Of a stretch of 64,000 nt of DNA, positions 1 through 11,686 are shown in pieces. The position numbers and the translations under genes were made by a program. Position 1 is the stretch's first letter, and every line of letters begins with the position of its first letter. The stretch is from Phoronis australis (taxonomy: Eukaryota > Animalia > Phoronida). The notes under the pieces are model-generated. The model searched no databases. It was not told the origin of the DNA and saw only the letters and a program-made list of their open reading frames with translations. The DNA lies in assembly GCA_002633005.1 (NCBI GenBank), contig NMRA01000066.1, positions 739,136-803,135 on the forward strand, given 5' to 3'.

Positions 1-629
1 GTTTTCAAGAAAATTGGTTGGAACATCACAACCTATTTATTTTTTGTACAAATTGATCATGTATAGTAAAGATATTTACTTTTCATACAAATGAATAGTG
101 CTTCACCCAAGGCAGTGGGGATATAGTAATGGACATTAGGTGTTTGATTTTTAGCTGACCCAAAGACAAAAGGTAGTTGCCCTGATTCATTGATGGAGGG
201 GACTGTTTTGTATGTAGTCGTGAGACCTGTTCTCCCAATCTGAATCTTATCGGCACCCACATACCATTAATCAAACTAGACAATGACAATGGGGCAAACC
301 AACTTGAAAAGCAGTGTTGCCACTCAAAGGGTCGCCCATATTTTAAATATTACAGTGTACATAAAAACTTCTTGATATGCTATATGGCAATCACCAATCC
401 AATGGTATGCTCTCTTTACTCTATAGAAACTTTACCAGGCGGTTCCTACCCAAGTCGACTCGTAACCAAGACATGTACCATATTTCATTTATAAATAATG
501 GCAACATTGGGTCAATGTACATCGACATGAAATGGTTGTTTCCATTTCAAGCATCGCCTTACAAAATAAAACTGTTTTGGAACACATGTGTAGATTGATA
601 TACATGTAGGTCCGAGTTGACTTGAGTAC

Positions 630-892
630 GAAAATGAAATGACTTGTTCTATAACCAATAGAATTATGCCCTCCCCCAGCACCAAGGTGAGAAAGTCTAA
701 ATTATAAAATTGCAATTCTTTCATCCTCTTCTCTACAATTCACAGTCGATTATTCCGAAGTGGTTCTCATTCATTCCCTTGCATACATTTATTCACTCAC
801 TAGTAACAATTTTGTTCAATGCTCAATTGCATGCCAGTGAAACCCAGGATTCGAACCTGAGTCTCACGAGCTCAAACCACTGAGCCACACTG
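630..892 (-). mobile_element. tRNA-derived SINE (degenerate)
   Basis: Minus strand has a Pol III A-box TGGCTCAGTGG and B-box GGTTCGAATCC only ~15 nt apart, too close for a tRNA. About 200 nt of body follows, ending in CATTTCATTTTC. Left boundary approximate. Confidence 0.55.
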
Positions 893-939
893 TCTACAAA
901 TAATCAGAGACAAAAAAATCCCAGTTTTATCACTGAAAC

Positions 940-1353
940 TGGTATTTATCCACGGCTGAAACACGATTCACCAATGGGGATATGGGAGCCTTGGGCTGAC
1001 TGGTAAAGCACCTACTTTTGAATTAAAAAAGACCAAGTTATAATTCGCGGTTGTAGGATACATATTGATAATATTCTTACCAATCACTAACATCTAATCG
1101 CAACTCCTGCGCACCTTCAGCGTGTTGACGTTTACAGGACGAGCCCGCTGGGAGTGAGTCTTCGGCGACCATAGAAAGGGCCGTGAAAGGGATCGAGGGA
1201 GAACGGCTCCACTACAGAAAAGCTGTGAACACATATTGTTCCTTTGGAATCTGTCACCTCTACCTCCACGTCCGAAAGGTCGGAATCATCTGAAAAGTCC
1301 ACCTATCCGTCCCTGTATCGTTCAAAGTATTCCTCATCTACGCTGCTGTACAT
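940..1353 (-). pseudogene. Degenerate P2RX7-C-terminal-like / Kolobok accessory gene fragment
   Basis: Acidic N-terminus MYSSVDEEYFERYRDG*VDFSDDSDLSDVEVEV...VEPFSLDP, a frameshift, then QELRLDVSD-TG|gtaag (donor at 1080). An acceptor near 1012 restores W-C. Resembles the 'PY.FEP...RL....WCxC' start of this family, but the CxC is not completed. Confidence 0.35.
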
Positions 1354-2149
1354 GTACTCACTTGGACACACATTGCTTCCTTTGTGTTCCCCAACACCAC
1401 GTCACAGATGTGTAACGACCGAAAATGGCGCCGTTTCTATTCTCCGTTACAACGATGGCGTTACGGCACTAAATATGTAAATAACTTTGTATAGCGGCGT
1501 ACAATTCTGTGAATGTTAAGAATATAGCAATGATAATTATAAACTAGAATTTAGACCATATTGTTGTTCAGATTGGTTTGGACCTTGTAATTTCCTCTTT
1601 AATAATTTAGTATGTAACCTGCTGTTGAATTGCGAGATAGATTTCGACAGGTCCAGGTGGTTATTTCAGAAGTATGAATGTAATCTTTATTTATGTTAAA
1701 GGTTTTACTAGCGTCCTATTTATTTGTACACGATTCAGTGTGAAGTTGTTGAAATCGCTGATCCAAATCCTGGCTAAATGTGCGCATTATGCTGAAACCA
1801 ACCGTCTGATCAGGGCCACCGAAGAGTAATTTGGTTAATTCGCTCACTAGACTATGGCTGAAGGTCCTCGTAAGGACAAAAGTTCAGCAGTCACTACCTT
1901 TGGAAGAAATTTAGCGGTCATTTTACGTCAAAAAATTTACCAGATAGTTTTCATCAAAACGGAGAAAAGGAAAATGGATTTGTGAAGACAGGATTAAGCC
2001 TACCAGAGCCTCTTAAATAAACATCCATCTTCGAAGTGACGTGAACAAATGTACAAATTCTTTTTGGAGTAACAACATCCATTCACGTTCACACGAGAAG
2101 TTAACTTTTCCTCCCACAGCGGATTTTGGGGTCGCCACACATCAGCCGA

Positions 2150-2350
2150 CCATGATTAGCAGACGACGTACTTGCCGGAAATTGCACCAGAAAATTTAGC
2201 CAGGTGTCGCCAGTGAATAATGACGTAAGGGCTTGTGCTTAAGGTCACAGATTTCGTCCATTGAAAGTATACGGAGTTGGCGGCACATGGTAAAATGAAC
2301 GTAGTGGAAGCGAAATCAACGGTGAAAGAATCAGCAGATAGAGTGGCATA
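2150..2350 (+). pseudogene. Possible heavily decayed non-LTR reverse transcriptase fragment
   Basis: LADDVLAG (YADD-like), then after a frameshift APENLARC...GL, and later INGERI. Many stops. Confidence 0.3.
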
Positions 2351-4257
2351 CAATCAGAGAGTGTGAATGTAAAAACAGGCAGGAAGCCCAGAGATCTAAC
2401 AGAACAGAACCATCCTTCGGTAAACTGCTCATTCGACACAGTTTTTTGTGACTAATTAATAGAGACTAAAAAACCTTTAACCGAAATGCGGGTCATTTTT
2501 TACAAGCGATAAGTCATGTTGATTACTGTCTCCTTCTAAAAATGATCTTGAATGGAACCACCCTTCAAATGCATGGACAACCGTCGGGAGAGAGAACATA
2601 CCGTGCTTTCAGTGTAACGCTGTTCACAAGAATGAATACGAAGACATTCATCGATAAGACTTGTGAACTGACATTAACAACATGACATTTGGCCACTGGT
2701 CGCAATCTTTACCGACATGAGTTGTTCCTTATGACAAGTTTACGAGACTTTATATTCCGATAGTAAATAAGTACATTCCATCTATCACCTGGTTTGATGT
2801 TGTCTCTTGCGATCTTCTTCAGCACACATATTTTCTCAAATAATCATTTTATATGCTGTTGTTATAGTACACATTCTTAATGGTGCTGCTTCTTGGTTTA
2901 AAGTCAACATGGGAGTCAATCCTCCTGGGTATGAAAGTCCGGAGGTGGTTATCAACAAAAGAATTAGTGTAACGATTGTTAAATAGAACTTTTTATACCA
3001 CATATGACAAACTATGCCAATCCTCCTTAAAACGAATGGGAAAAGGTGAGTGGCAATTGATTAATTAAAAAATGCAATCACAAACACAGAATACGGATCA
3101 CGTTCCATGTCAATACACATCGAACAAGTTGCTTTACTTACAAACGTTTTCATCTTGACTGCACGGCAGAATGAGATAAAATAAAATACATATCCACCAC
3201 AAAGACCGTATATGCAAGATTATACGAGACAGCAATGTCATGACCTTGTCATAACCTCAGTTTAGTGTTCTGCGTCGTAGCACACCTCATTTTAAAAATT
3301 CGTAAATTGTATTTTGATGCTCCTTACATGTACATACTGGAAGGGAAAGATAATTTATTTCGAGAAAATTCACGTACTCATAATAAATGAACCAGCTTAG
3401 ATTCCTTGGCTAGGATTGTGTTACCGCCTTCTGAAAAGGCTGCAGACCCTCGAGGCCAGCTAAAGTTGCTATGCGTCATTAAAACCCTGAATATTCAAAT
3501 TTATAGCAAGCGTCACCTAGTGACTTCCTGGTGAACTGTGTGTGCAAGTACAATCAGGAAATAAGACAGTTTTGATGCATTTAATATATAAAATAAACGA
3601 ATAATAAAAACTGTGCCTCGTTTTATTTGGGTAACGACAATGCTGGGGGCTTGGGGGAGGGGGTTCCCAGGGATTACCGTGTCGTCCTCAGAAATTTTCA
3701 CTGCCAGAGACTCAAAACGGTATGATGCTGAATGTTGTCCGACGTGACGGCAAACTGCAATTATACAACGAATGCTTTAGTTGTGGTCACCGTAAGGAGT
3801 GTTGGCCGAGTAGTTAGACTTCAATTGTCGGTGGCCTTCAACTTCTGTACACACTAAGATCTTGTAGGGACTTGACAATAGAGACATTTTAAGGGTATCT
3901 TTTTGGATGCAGAGTGCCACAGGAAAATTAGGATACCTACCCATTTACAGAGTAATTCCATGTGAAAAATCATGACGCTTTCCACAGCATTGTTCCAGAA
4001 CATCACAAAAGGCAAACTTTCATAGAGTGTTTTTATTATTTGGTTATTTCACTATCAAATGACAATTACATCATATTTGGAATTACTAGGATTGTTTTAC
4101 ACTTAAAGAAGTTCTTGTTTAAGTGTATCAGTTGCAGTGTTCTGTTTAAAACCGCATTTTATTACAAATTGATTCTTTCCCTGATTATATTTGTACTCAC
4201 AGTTCTCCAGTAAGTCACTAGGTTCAAAACCAGACGATCGCCGCACAAATAAGAAAG

Positions 4258-4308
4258 TTCATGTTCAACTCAATGTTTCGTCTTTTCATTAGACATCATC
4301 AGGATCAT
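4258..4308 (-). ncRNA. Minimal type I hammerhead ribozyme motif in Penelope pseudo-LTR
   Basis: Minus strand: ATGATC-CTGATGA-T-GTCT-aatgaaa-AGAC-GAAA-CATTG. Has the catalytic core CUGAUGA...GAAA and a 4-bp stem II. Confidence 0.7.
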
Positions 4309-5112
4309 ATTTACAACAATTTAGGACAACAAGTGCCTACATACAGCTCAGGTAACATCCATAGAGTGAAGTGAGAGATACAGTTAATATAGTCAGTAGC
4401 TGGTCATCACCATAGTTGCAGGGTCACTGAGCTCTGCATGTTATTCAGAGAATCAGTGGCATGCTGGTTCTGAATGCCCAGTGACTCTTGAATGTACAGT
4501 AATTCCTTAATAGATTCTCTGCAGATAATACTAACAGAATTGGCTTGGTGATTGTAGCTAATACAACGCCTATATACATGTATGTTACTTTTCTCTGAGT
4601 TGTGATGTTCTTTCAACCTGTCACAGAGGCGTCTCAGTGTGATTCCTATATAGAATTACATTTGTCACATTCAACCTTATACATGTACACAACATTGCTC
4701 TTTTTTAATAAAGGGATGGGTGCCTTCAGTTTACACAGCATATTGGAAAGTTTCCGAAGGGGTTTGAAAACAACTATCAGTTCAACTGCTGGGTCTATGC
4801 AATGAATAAGGCGAGATAATTGACGTTTCAATTTTATACTACTTGGCCCGGTGTATCCAAGAGAGAAGAAAACTTTCTTTTTCTCGGGTCCAGTAACTGC
4901 TACCTCATCTGCCTCATTCATTTTTGAAAGAAAGTGCCTTTTACAGCTATTCAAAAATTCAGTTGGTAACCATTGGCACTCAATAACTGGAAAATCAATG
5001 ACCCTGCAACTATGGTGATGACTAGCTACTATATTCTACGTATCTCTCACTTCACTCTATGGATGTTACCTGAGCTGTATGTTGGCACTTGTTGTCCTAA
5101 ATTCTTGTAAGT

Positions 5113-5160
5113 ATGATCCTAATGATGTCTAATGACAAGACGAAACGTTGAATTGGATAT
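5113..5160 (+). ncRNA. Second hammerhead motif (core variant CTAATGA) in the inverted pseudo-LTR
   Basis: ATGATC-CTAATGA-T-GTCT-aatgaca-AGAC-GAAA-CGTTG...GGAT. Includes palindromic AACGTT and one core substitution. Confidence 0.6.
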
Positions 5161-5844
5161 GAACTTTTTTATTCGTGCGGCGATTGTCCGATTTTTAATG
5201 TTATTGTGGCCAACAACTGATTTAATTAAGTCACTAGATGGCGCTTGCTACAAATTTATATTTTCTCAGTTTTAGTGAGACAAATCATCTTTAAATTCAG
5301 TGTTCACAATATGTTACAACAAGTCATTACTCTAGCAAATAATGGGCCGATCTAATTATTTGTAAAGACTGTGGAAACCTGCAAAAAAGCTTCGACCACT
5401 TTAACACAGTTGTGTGGGCCAGATCAAACCAATTCATTACAACTGATTTATTAATTACTAGACATTTCATAATCACTTAATACAGGGTTTACCTGACAAT
5501 GTTAAAAATTGACATCATTGCACAGAAAAAAACTCAGCGAGTTTATTTTCTAATCGATGACGCCGTTAACGCGCAAATTGTTGAGTTCACACCAGAACAA
5601 AATACTCTTACTGCGACTTGAAATTAAATTTCAATTCCAATTTGTTTTCTGGCCTTGAAAGTGAAAAAAAAAACTATTACAATATATGCTGTCTGCATGA
5701 AAATGAACAATGAGCCACGCTGTTTGACCAAGGTAAGGTCCATGAGTTTAAATGAATTTCGCGAACCGTAAACTAACACTCATCGCATTGTCGTGTGACT
5801 CGTCACGTACATGTAGATCTAATAATGATTTTCATATTATATAT

Positions 5845-6600
5845 TAAAAACTCACAAACATTTGAATTTGTCATATATGAGCGCATTTTACAGTCATTTG
5901 TTAATCATATCCAAAACATCCCGTTTTCAAACAAAATAAGAAATGTCATCAGATACGAAAGAACAAAAAGATAAATATTGCCCCAGGAGAGAATCGCACG
6001 TTTTGTCTGGTACACAGTGTTCATTTCCGAGTCGATAAATTGCCCTGACCCGACCTCGGAAGATCCTGGGTTCAATTTTTAAGTCGGCGAACCATTTTTT
6101 CTAGCTGTCAAATTAAACAATACTGCTGTACTTTCATTCATTTTCTACCGAGTGATTTCAATTACACGCTGTTCCTTTGTGGGCTACCTTTATGTGATAC
6201 GAATGTAGAAACACACCTGTACTTCATATCAAAACAGTGTTCTTCTCCATTGCCACTGTGAGTAGTAAACATGGAAATCGTAACCCGCGTTTGTCACCAA
6301 ATTACGTCATTGAACGTCTTGATACCCTTCTTTTTGGCAACTGAATAGATTGAGAGCAGAAAGCAGTTGACCAGTATGATTTCGTTCCTGTGATAAGGTA
6401 CACAAGCGATTAGCCTGTTTTTTGATATCGGCATTTATATGAGAGGATCCCTTGCTTCACTTGCATGTTAGACACCAAATGACTTTTAAGTTCTCACCAG
6501 TTTAAATAACCACTTGGTTACATGCCTACTTAACCAATGAAGAACCAGATACTAAAGTTGTTCACCAGACACCAATGTAATTAGAGGCTGGATGCGAGAT
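5845..6600 (+). repeat. Dispersed segment 'X', copy 1 (homologous to 46065-47617 and partly to 9075-9260)
   Basis: Shared co-linear blocks, e.g. CAAAATAAGAAATGTCATCAGAT, TTCCTGTGATAAGGTAC, AAAGTTGTTCACCAGAC. Confidence 0.85.
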
Positions 6601-6653
6601 AATTTAAAACCACATGTAAAATAATTTATTTTGCATAAACACAAGTTTTAGAG

Positions 6654-6792
6654 CATGGGCGGAGCAGCCCTGAAAAAAGTGGAGGCCATAGCCCCCAGCC
6701 CCCTGTGGTGCACCGCCCATAGACAATGAGCGGCGTGGCACTAAACAAAGTGGGGGGCTATAGCCCCCATCCCCCGTGATGCGCCGCCCATG
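6654..6792. mobile_element. Short GC-rich MITE
   Basis: Terminal inverted repeat CATGGGCGG...CCGCCCATG with internal G/C runs. Confidence 0.6.
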
Positions 6793-6910
6793 TAGCACCG
6801 TGATGGTGATGCTGTTTTCACAAAGTAGTGTATAATCACACTCTATTGTAGATTTGCATGCGTTTTGTATTCTTTCATGTAAACGCGTAACGAGAGTGAA
6901 GTACATGTAC

Positions 6911-7014
6911 AAGAAGTAATATCCCACGAGACATTAAATTACATGTACGCGTATCGACCTCGACCTTCGGTCTCTGTCGATAAGCGGAATAATGTCCAGT
7001 GGGATATTTCTTCA
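6911..7014. repeat. ~100-bp imperfect palindrome centred on GACCTTCGGTC
   Basis: Arms GAAG-AATATCCCAC..GACATTA...TATCGAC and GTCGATA...TAATGTC..GTGGGATATT-CTTC are reverse complements. Confidence 0.75.
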
Positions 7015-7969
7015 TCTACGCCAATCGAGGTACGTTTCGTATTTATCCCACACGCATCAAATTCCTAAGTTTCTTTCATTTTTTCCACAATTTTTTTAAA
7101 TACTTCACAAACTGTTCACGTGGCGGATCACATCCTATATGTGTGTACTTGCGCGTTAGGCTGCACGTTTTCTTTAGTAAAAGAAACGGTAACGTTTTAA
7201 ATGTGACAATTCATTACTTGAAAAGAGATATCAAAGATGAAAGCAAGGGTTACATTTCATTGAACTTGTAAAATCTCCTGAAAATAGTTAAATAACAACA
7301 ATATTTTGTTATTGCAGTTACCGAGGAATCGGCGCCTGAGTTGCAGACGATAAAATATTTAGCAATTGAAAACTGAGACAGATCTGTCATAGAATGAACA
7401 TTCCTGTTACGATTAAGACCTGATTGTATGTTGAGCGTTATTTACAGTTGTACACTGCTATAATTTTATTACTTTAAACTATTTTCCGAAAGTTTGGTGA
7501 TCGAACCGGCTAACGACGTCGAGACGACACAGACCTACCTTTTGAACTTTCCATGTCACAGGTCACTGTTGAAGTAGTGCGGGAGGTGAATACGGAAGAC
7601 TTTATTACATGGCCGTATTTCGTTCGACAGATTCAACACGTATGGGATAAAAACTAGGAATTACAAGACCCGTCATATGAATATGCTTGAAAACTAAACG
7701 ACATATTTAATAATCAAAAATACAAGGGAACGTAGTTTGCGAAATAGCAAAGGGCATTCATGAATAAATGAATCCCAAATGAGTGAACGTCTGGTATAAT
7801 GAAAGTTTCTCTATAGTGTACTGTCTCATGACCTGGAATTGAAAGTAATTAAACTTTAGCATTCCGTCAATTGTAGCAAATAATGAGATTCATGGAACTC
7901 TGACATAAATCCTATTATTTGGGCAAATACCATTAAACAGCCCTTCATCCGTCATATCCAACTACTAGT

Positions 7970-8810
7970 TAGTTCTTACCAAGCCCGATGGTAGCGCTGC
8001 TTGTTCTTTCTCTCCAGCTTCCTGTTGGTACAGCCTCAAGCAACAGCACATTCACTCGTAAGTTTTCGTAATTAGACAATTTTGTACCTCTCCCACCCTC
8101 CCTACTCTGGGTCCCGCAAAATCTCAAGTCAATCGATTTATACCTTTCCCACGCTCTCTCCCTTTTGTCGAACAAAATCTGCTGTTGGTTTTTGTTGTTT
8201 TTACAATCACTGCTGGTACCTCCTTCAAACCCGGAGTGTGTTACCGTCCAGCAAGAACCGACGTCATTGGCTAGCGACCCGACCTGTACTCGAGCGTCCG
8301 TCCCTGCAGCTTGCTTCTCTCCACCCCGGTCACAGCTCTCGGCACATACCGAGCCACAACACCACGTCCCTTAAAATATCTCTTTTTGTCACTCCGGCTT
8401 GTCTGCTCACTCAGCTTGTCCGGAACCTCAGGTGTACCCACTTGGTACTGTATATGATATTTGCCCATTTGGCAGTTTGTACCCATAATTGAATTTGCCG
8501 TTTTGCTCGACCCACTTGGTAGGCAATCGGCCAAAACCCATTTGGTATTATGTACCCATTTGGTACTATGCCAACCTGTGCCACTTAGTATCTGGGTATC
8601 GTAAATGTGTGTGTTATCTCTTGTAATTAAGGAACCCATCTGGTTCCTTCCGTGAGATATTTACTTGTAGAGCTGTGACCCTGAAATTTCCAATACAGCT
8701 TAAAATATATATTATTCTTATTATTTTATTTGTCCCCAATAATTGTAAAGTGAACGAAGGACAGGTGTCAGTGCAGAACGTCTCTTGTTGTGCGCTGTCT
8801 AGTAATCTAA
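7970..8810. mobile_element. Putative ~840-bp insertion (solo-LTR-like or unclassified)
   Basis: GC-richer block flanked by ACTAGT at 7964-7969 and 8811-8816. Short inverted ends (TTAGTTCTTAC / GTAATCTAA), internal CCCAYTTGGTA repeats, and a minus-strand TATAAA followed by purine-rich tracts. Confidence 0.35.
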
Positions 8811-9074
8811 ACTAGTCAGGAGCTTGATAGAAACAAAGCTGGTCTCACAAAGTGGGCATTTATTTTGTGCTTTAAAACATGAATGCTAATAATTCTACAG
8901 TTGGTGTACATTTTCCTCTCCAAGTCGAGTATCAGTTCATGGTTTACACCATCAAAGATCAGCTTTGAGTGATAAGAGGCAAATCTTCCAAAAATTAAAG
9001 TCGATTTTAAACTCCTATTCAACTTGCCGATGCAATGGTTAAAAAAGTCTGTCTAAGAAGGAAAATTATTCACA

Positions 9075-9260
9075 ATACTGAGTGGATAAGGTAATCGAAA
9101 CCCGCATTTGTCACCAGATTACACCTATGGAAAACTTTGTTTCCACCAGGAGGTGCTTCTTTTTGACAACTGAAATACATTGAAAGCGGAAAGCAGTTGA
9201 CAAATATGAGGTCGTTCCTGTAATAAGGTACTGTAGGCATATGTAAATCAGACCCTGTTT
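9075..9260 (+). repeat. Partial third copy of segment X
   Basis: AATCG.AACCCGC.TTTGTCACCA.ATTAC...TTCTTTTTG.CAACTGAA...GAAAGCAGTTGAC...TCGTTCCTGT.ATAAGGTAC matches 6255-6420. Confidence 0.75.
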
Positions 9261-11642
9261 TTAATAAATGCCATGACCGGTCGAGGCTGCACATTTCATT
9301 GGCTTTTTGAAAGACAACATTTGCGATGGTGTTAAGGAATGACGCAGATAAAAGTACGATTTCTATGTCTCTGGTGGCATTATTTTGGGTAAATCTAAGT
9401 ATTTGCTGTCGCGACAGTTTTTATGACATTGTATTGATGACCACGCTATAAACACGCCACATCAAATCTGCATGTCAAAACCGCTACCTACATGTACTCG
9501 CACATGTAGTATGGTATGAATGAAATTATTTACTAGCTGTAACTACAAGTCTGTAAAAAGGAAATTAGTGATTGGAAAAACAGAAAAGTTCTACGTCGTC
9601 AAAATCGATGGTAACCCCTCTCAAGCTCCTTTTCCCTAGCTTTACATAGTCGCAAATTCCAACATTCCGGTCGTTGGCGATTTACCCCGCGCCACGATAA
9701 CCCAAGGCATTCTAACCCTGTAAATTAGTGGGAGTCACCGTTTATCGTTTTTTTACGGTCATGCGGTGAGACCAGCTTAAAAATTAATTTTATTCCAAAA
9801 CAGATTCCCCTTTAGTTATCAGTCACCTAAATTTGTAATGTTCGAATTTCCCTGATACTCTCCACATATCCCCATGCATTCAAGCGAGGCACGTGATCAC
9901 ATTAGCATTACACGTGTCCCGCACCTACAGAAAGTTCCGTACACCTGGTAGAGCTCAGTGGCTCTCAGGCAGCTGGGAAAATCTAGCGAAAGTCACGTGT
10001 TCACATTTAAAACACATGTACGCGGTAATATCAGGCGTACTCTCACAAACTCTTGCTTTTTAGCGGGGTCCTAGCAAGGTCTTAGCGTTATTGAACTCTT
10101 CCCTGGCTGTTCCTTGACGCCACGTGCAATACGTTATTCCACCAAACGACGGATGCGTTCGATGCAGTTGCTGCAACCTTTGCGTAACGTTTTCGCAGCC
10201 TTTCTCTCATCATTGTAAACGATTACTTCTATGGCAAATTCATGCGTCTTTTATTAAACCTTCTTGTCCCAATATTTTGAGTGTCCGACCCGACAACATC
10301 CTTAAGTTTCGTCCCATACTCTTTTGTACAACCTCTCTCCATTTTGTACCGGCACATTTCTAGCACCAAACCTAATCCATCCTCGCTGTTGATCACCTTT
10401 GCTTCGAGATAAATGACTGTATAGCTCAGAATACATGTTACTAATTAACATTTTTGTGTTGGTTCACAGTTATTTGGTCTCGTGACTGTCATATGGATCC
10501 TCCACAATTGGAGATGCTCTTATGAAAACTTTCCCCTTGTTATTATTCGCATTTTAAAAATGTGATGCTGATATTGTATATCATTGTAAATGCTCCATGT
10601 AGTTGTTTGTATCATGCTGGTTTATGCATACACCTAGTGAGCTTGGTGTGATCCTGATCTTACAGTACTATACAAATCAGTCTCTTTTTATGCAGCGGCT
10701 GTTGTGTAACAACATTTGGTAGCTGTCATGTGTTCTACTCCCATTTTCACTGAACCGTAAGGTCCGATATAGTAGTATGTATATCGATTGCTAAAAGTGA
10801 TCTAGTAATTGATTATTAGTTATCTTATGTTTGAAAACGTTTTTCTGTTATTGAACTTGACAAGATTCAGATGTACTCAATCCAGTTTAATGTCACTAGT
10901 ATGAATGGGTGCTGTACGTTCACAAAGGGTGTGCAATTGTTGTTACTGAAATGTTGAAAATGAATTGATGTTTCATTACTGTGTCCTTTATACAACGGTC
11001 GTCGCCGAAAACACCTTCAGAAATGTACTGTTAATATAATGATAACAAACAGTACAAAAGAAAGCCGTAAGAATCTTTAAATTTACACTGGTTTCTTTTG
11101 TACTGTTTTTTCAATTTAAAAATTGAAATCTAAAGAAAGGCGCGAATCTATTGTCACAATGAAAATGCGTGCGTATTTTCACATAATTGCCTATATTGTA
11201 TATCAGGTGTGCAAAAAGGTTAGCTACTTTTTAACAAGTAATTGACCAACAGAATTCGTTCAAATTTTTCAAAATGTATTTTCAGGGTGTCATCAACAAG
11301 TCTGGAGAGTGCTGTATCTCAGAGAATAATAAAAAGGTATGGAAGTACTGTGAAACTCAAAACAAATGAATTGGGTGAAAAATGCAATATCAGTGTCACT
11401 TTCATCGTGTTCATACTGGTTCCGACGGGTCAAGAAGTAAGGACATTTGGGGTAGCGTTCCGTAGACTGAGGCTCCTGCCAGAAAAGCAAGATGGAAAGA
11501 ACTCGCAAAATCACGCGAGGGATAAGCAAGTGCTGTTCAAGGAAGTACTAATTTCCCACTGGCAGGCGACTGATGCAAGACTTAGCATCATTTTAATTTG
11601 AAAATGAAAGTCAAACACCAAGTTCAAGCAGAAAGCAAATGT

Positions 11643-11648
11643 TTTATT
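11643..11648 (-). terminator. Polyadenylation signal of the cystine-knot gene
   Basis: AATAAA on the minus strand 38 nt after the TGA stop. Confidence 0.6.
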
Positions 11649-11686
11649 GCCATTTGATCATTAGACAGCTGGAACCTCGTTGGAAA

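Larger units (their letters stand above)
4225..5195 (-). mobile_element. Penelope-like retroelement fragment (GIY-YIG endonuclease end) flanked by inverted pseudo-LTRs
   Basis: Disrupted ORF 4954-4407 reads ...SLGYTG...SNVVYMYKVECDKCNS.../RRLCDRLKEH...ELLYIQESLGI...SLN, the typical PLE GIY-YIG C-terminus. Segments 4225-4427 and 4998-5195 form a ~200-bp inverted repeat. Confidence 0.85.

Noticed and set aside
833-892. Functional tRNA gene
   Set aside because: A and B boxes are too close and there is no anticodon arm or acceptor stem; better explained as a SINE head.
8082-8639. Overlapping 122-136 aa ORFs
   Set aside because: No recognisable domain or splice structure; expected in a locally GC-richer repeat.
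11430-11475. Alternative last exon (SLSLRNATPNVLTS*) via a donor at TTCAG|GTGGAA
   Set aside because: The donor is weak, and read-through supplies the CCSC needed to close the knot followed by AATAAA. A minor isoform is not excluded.
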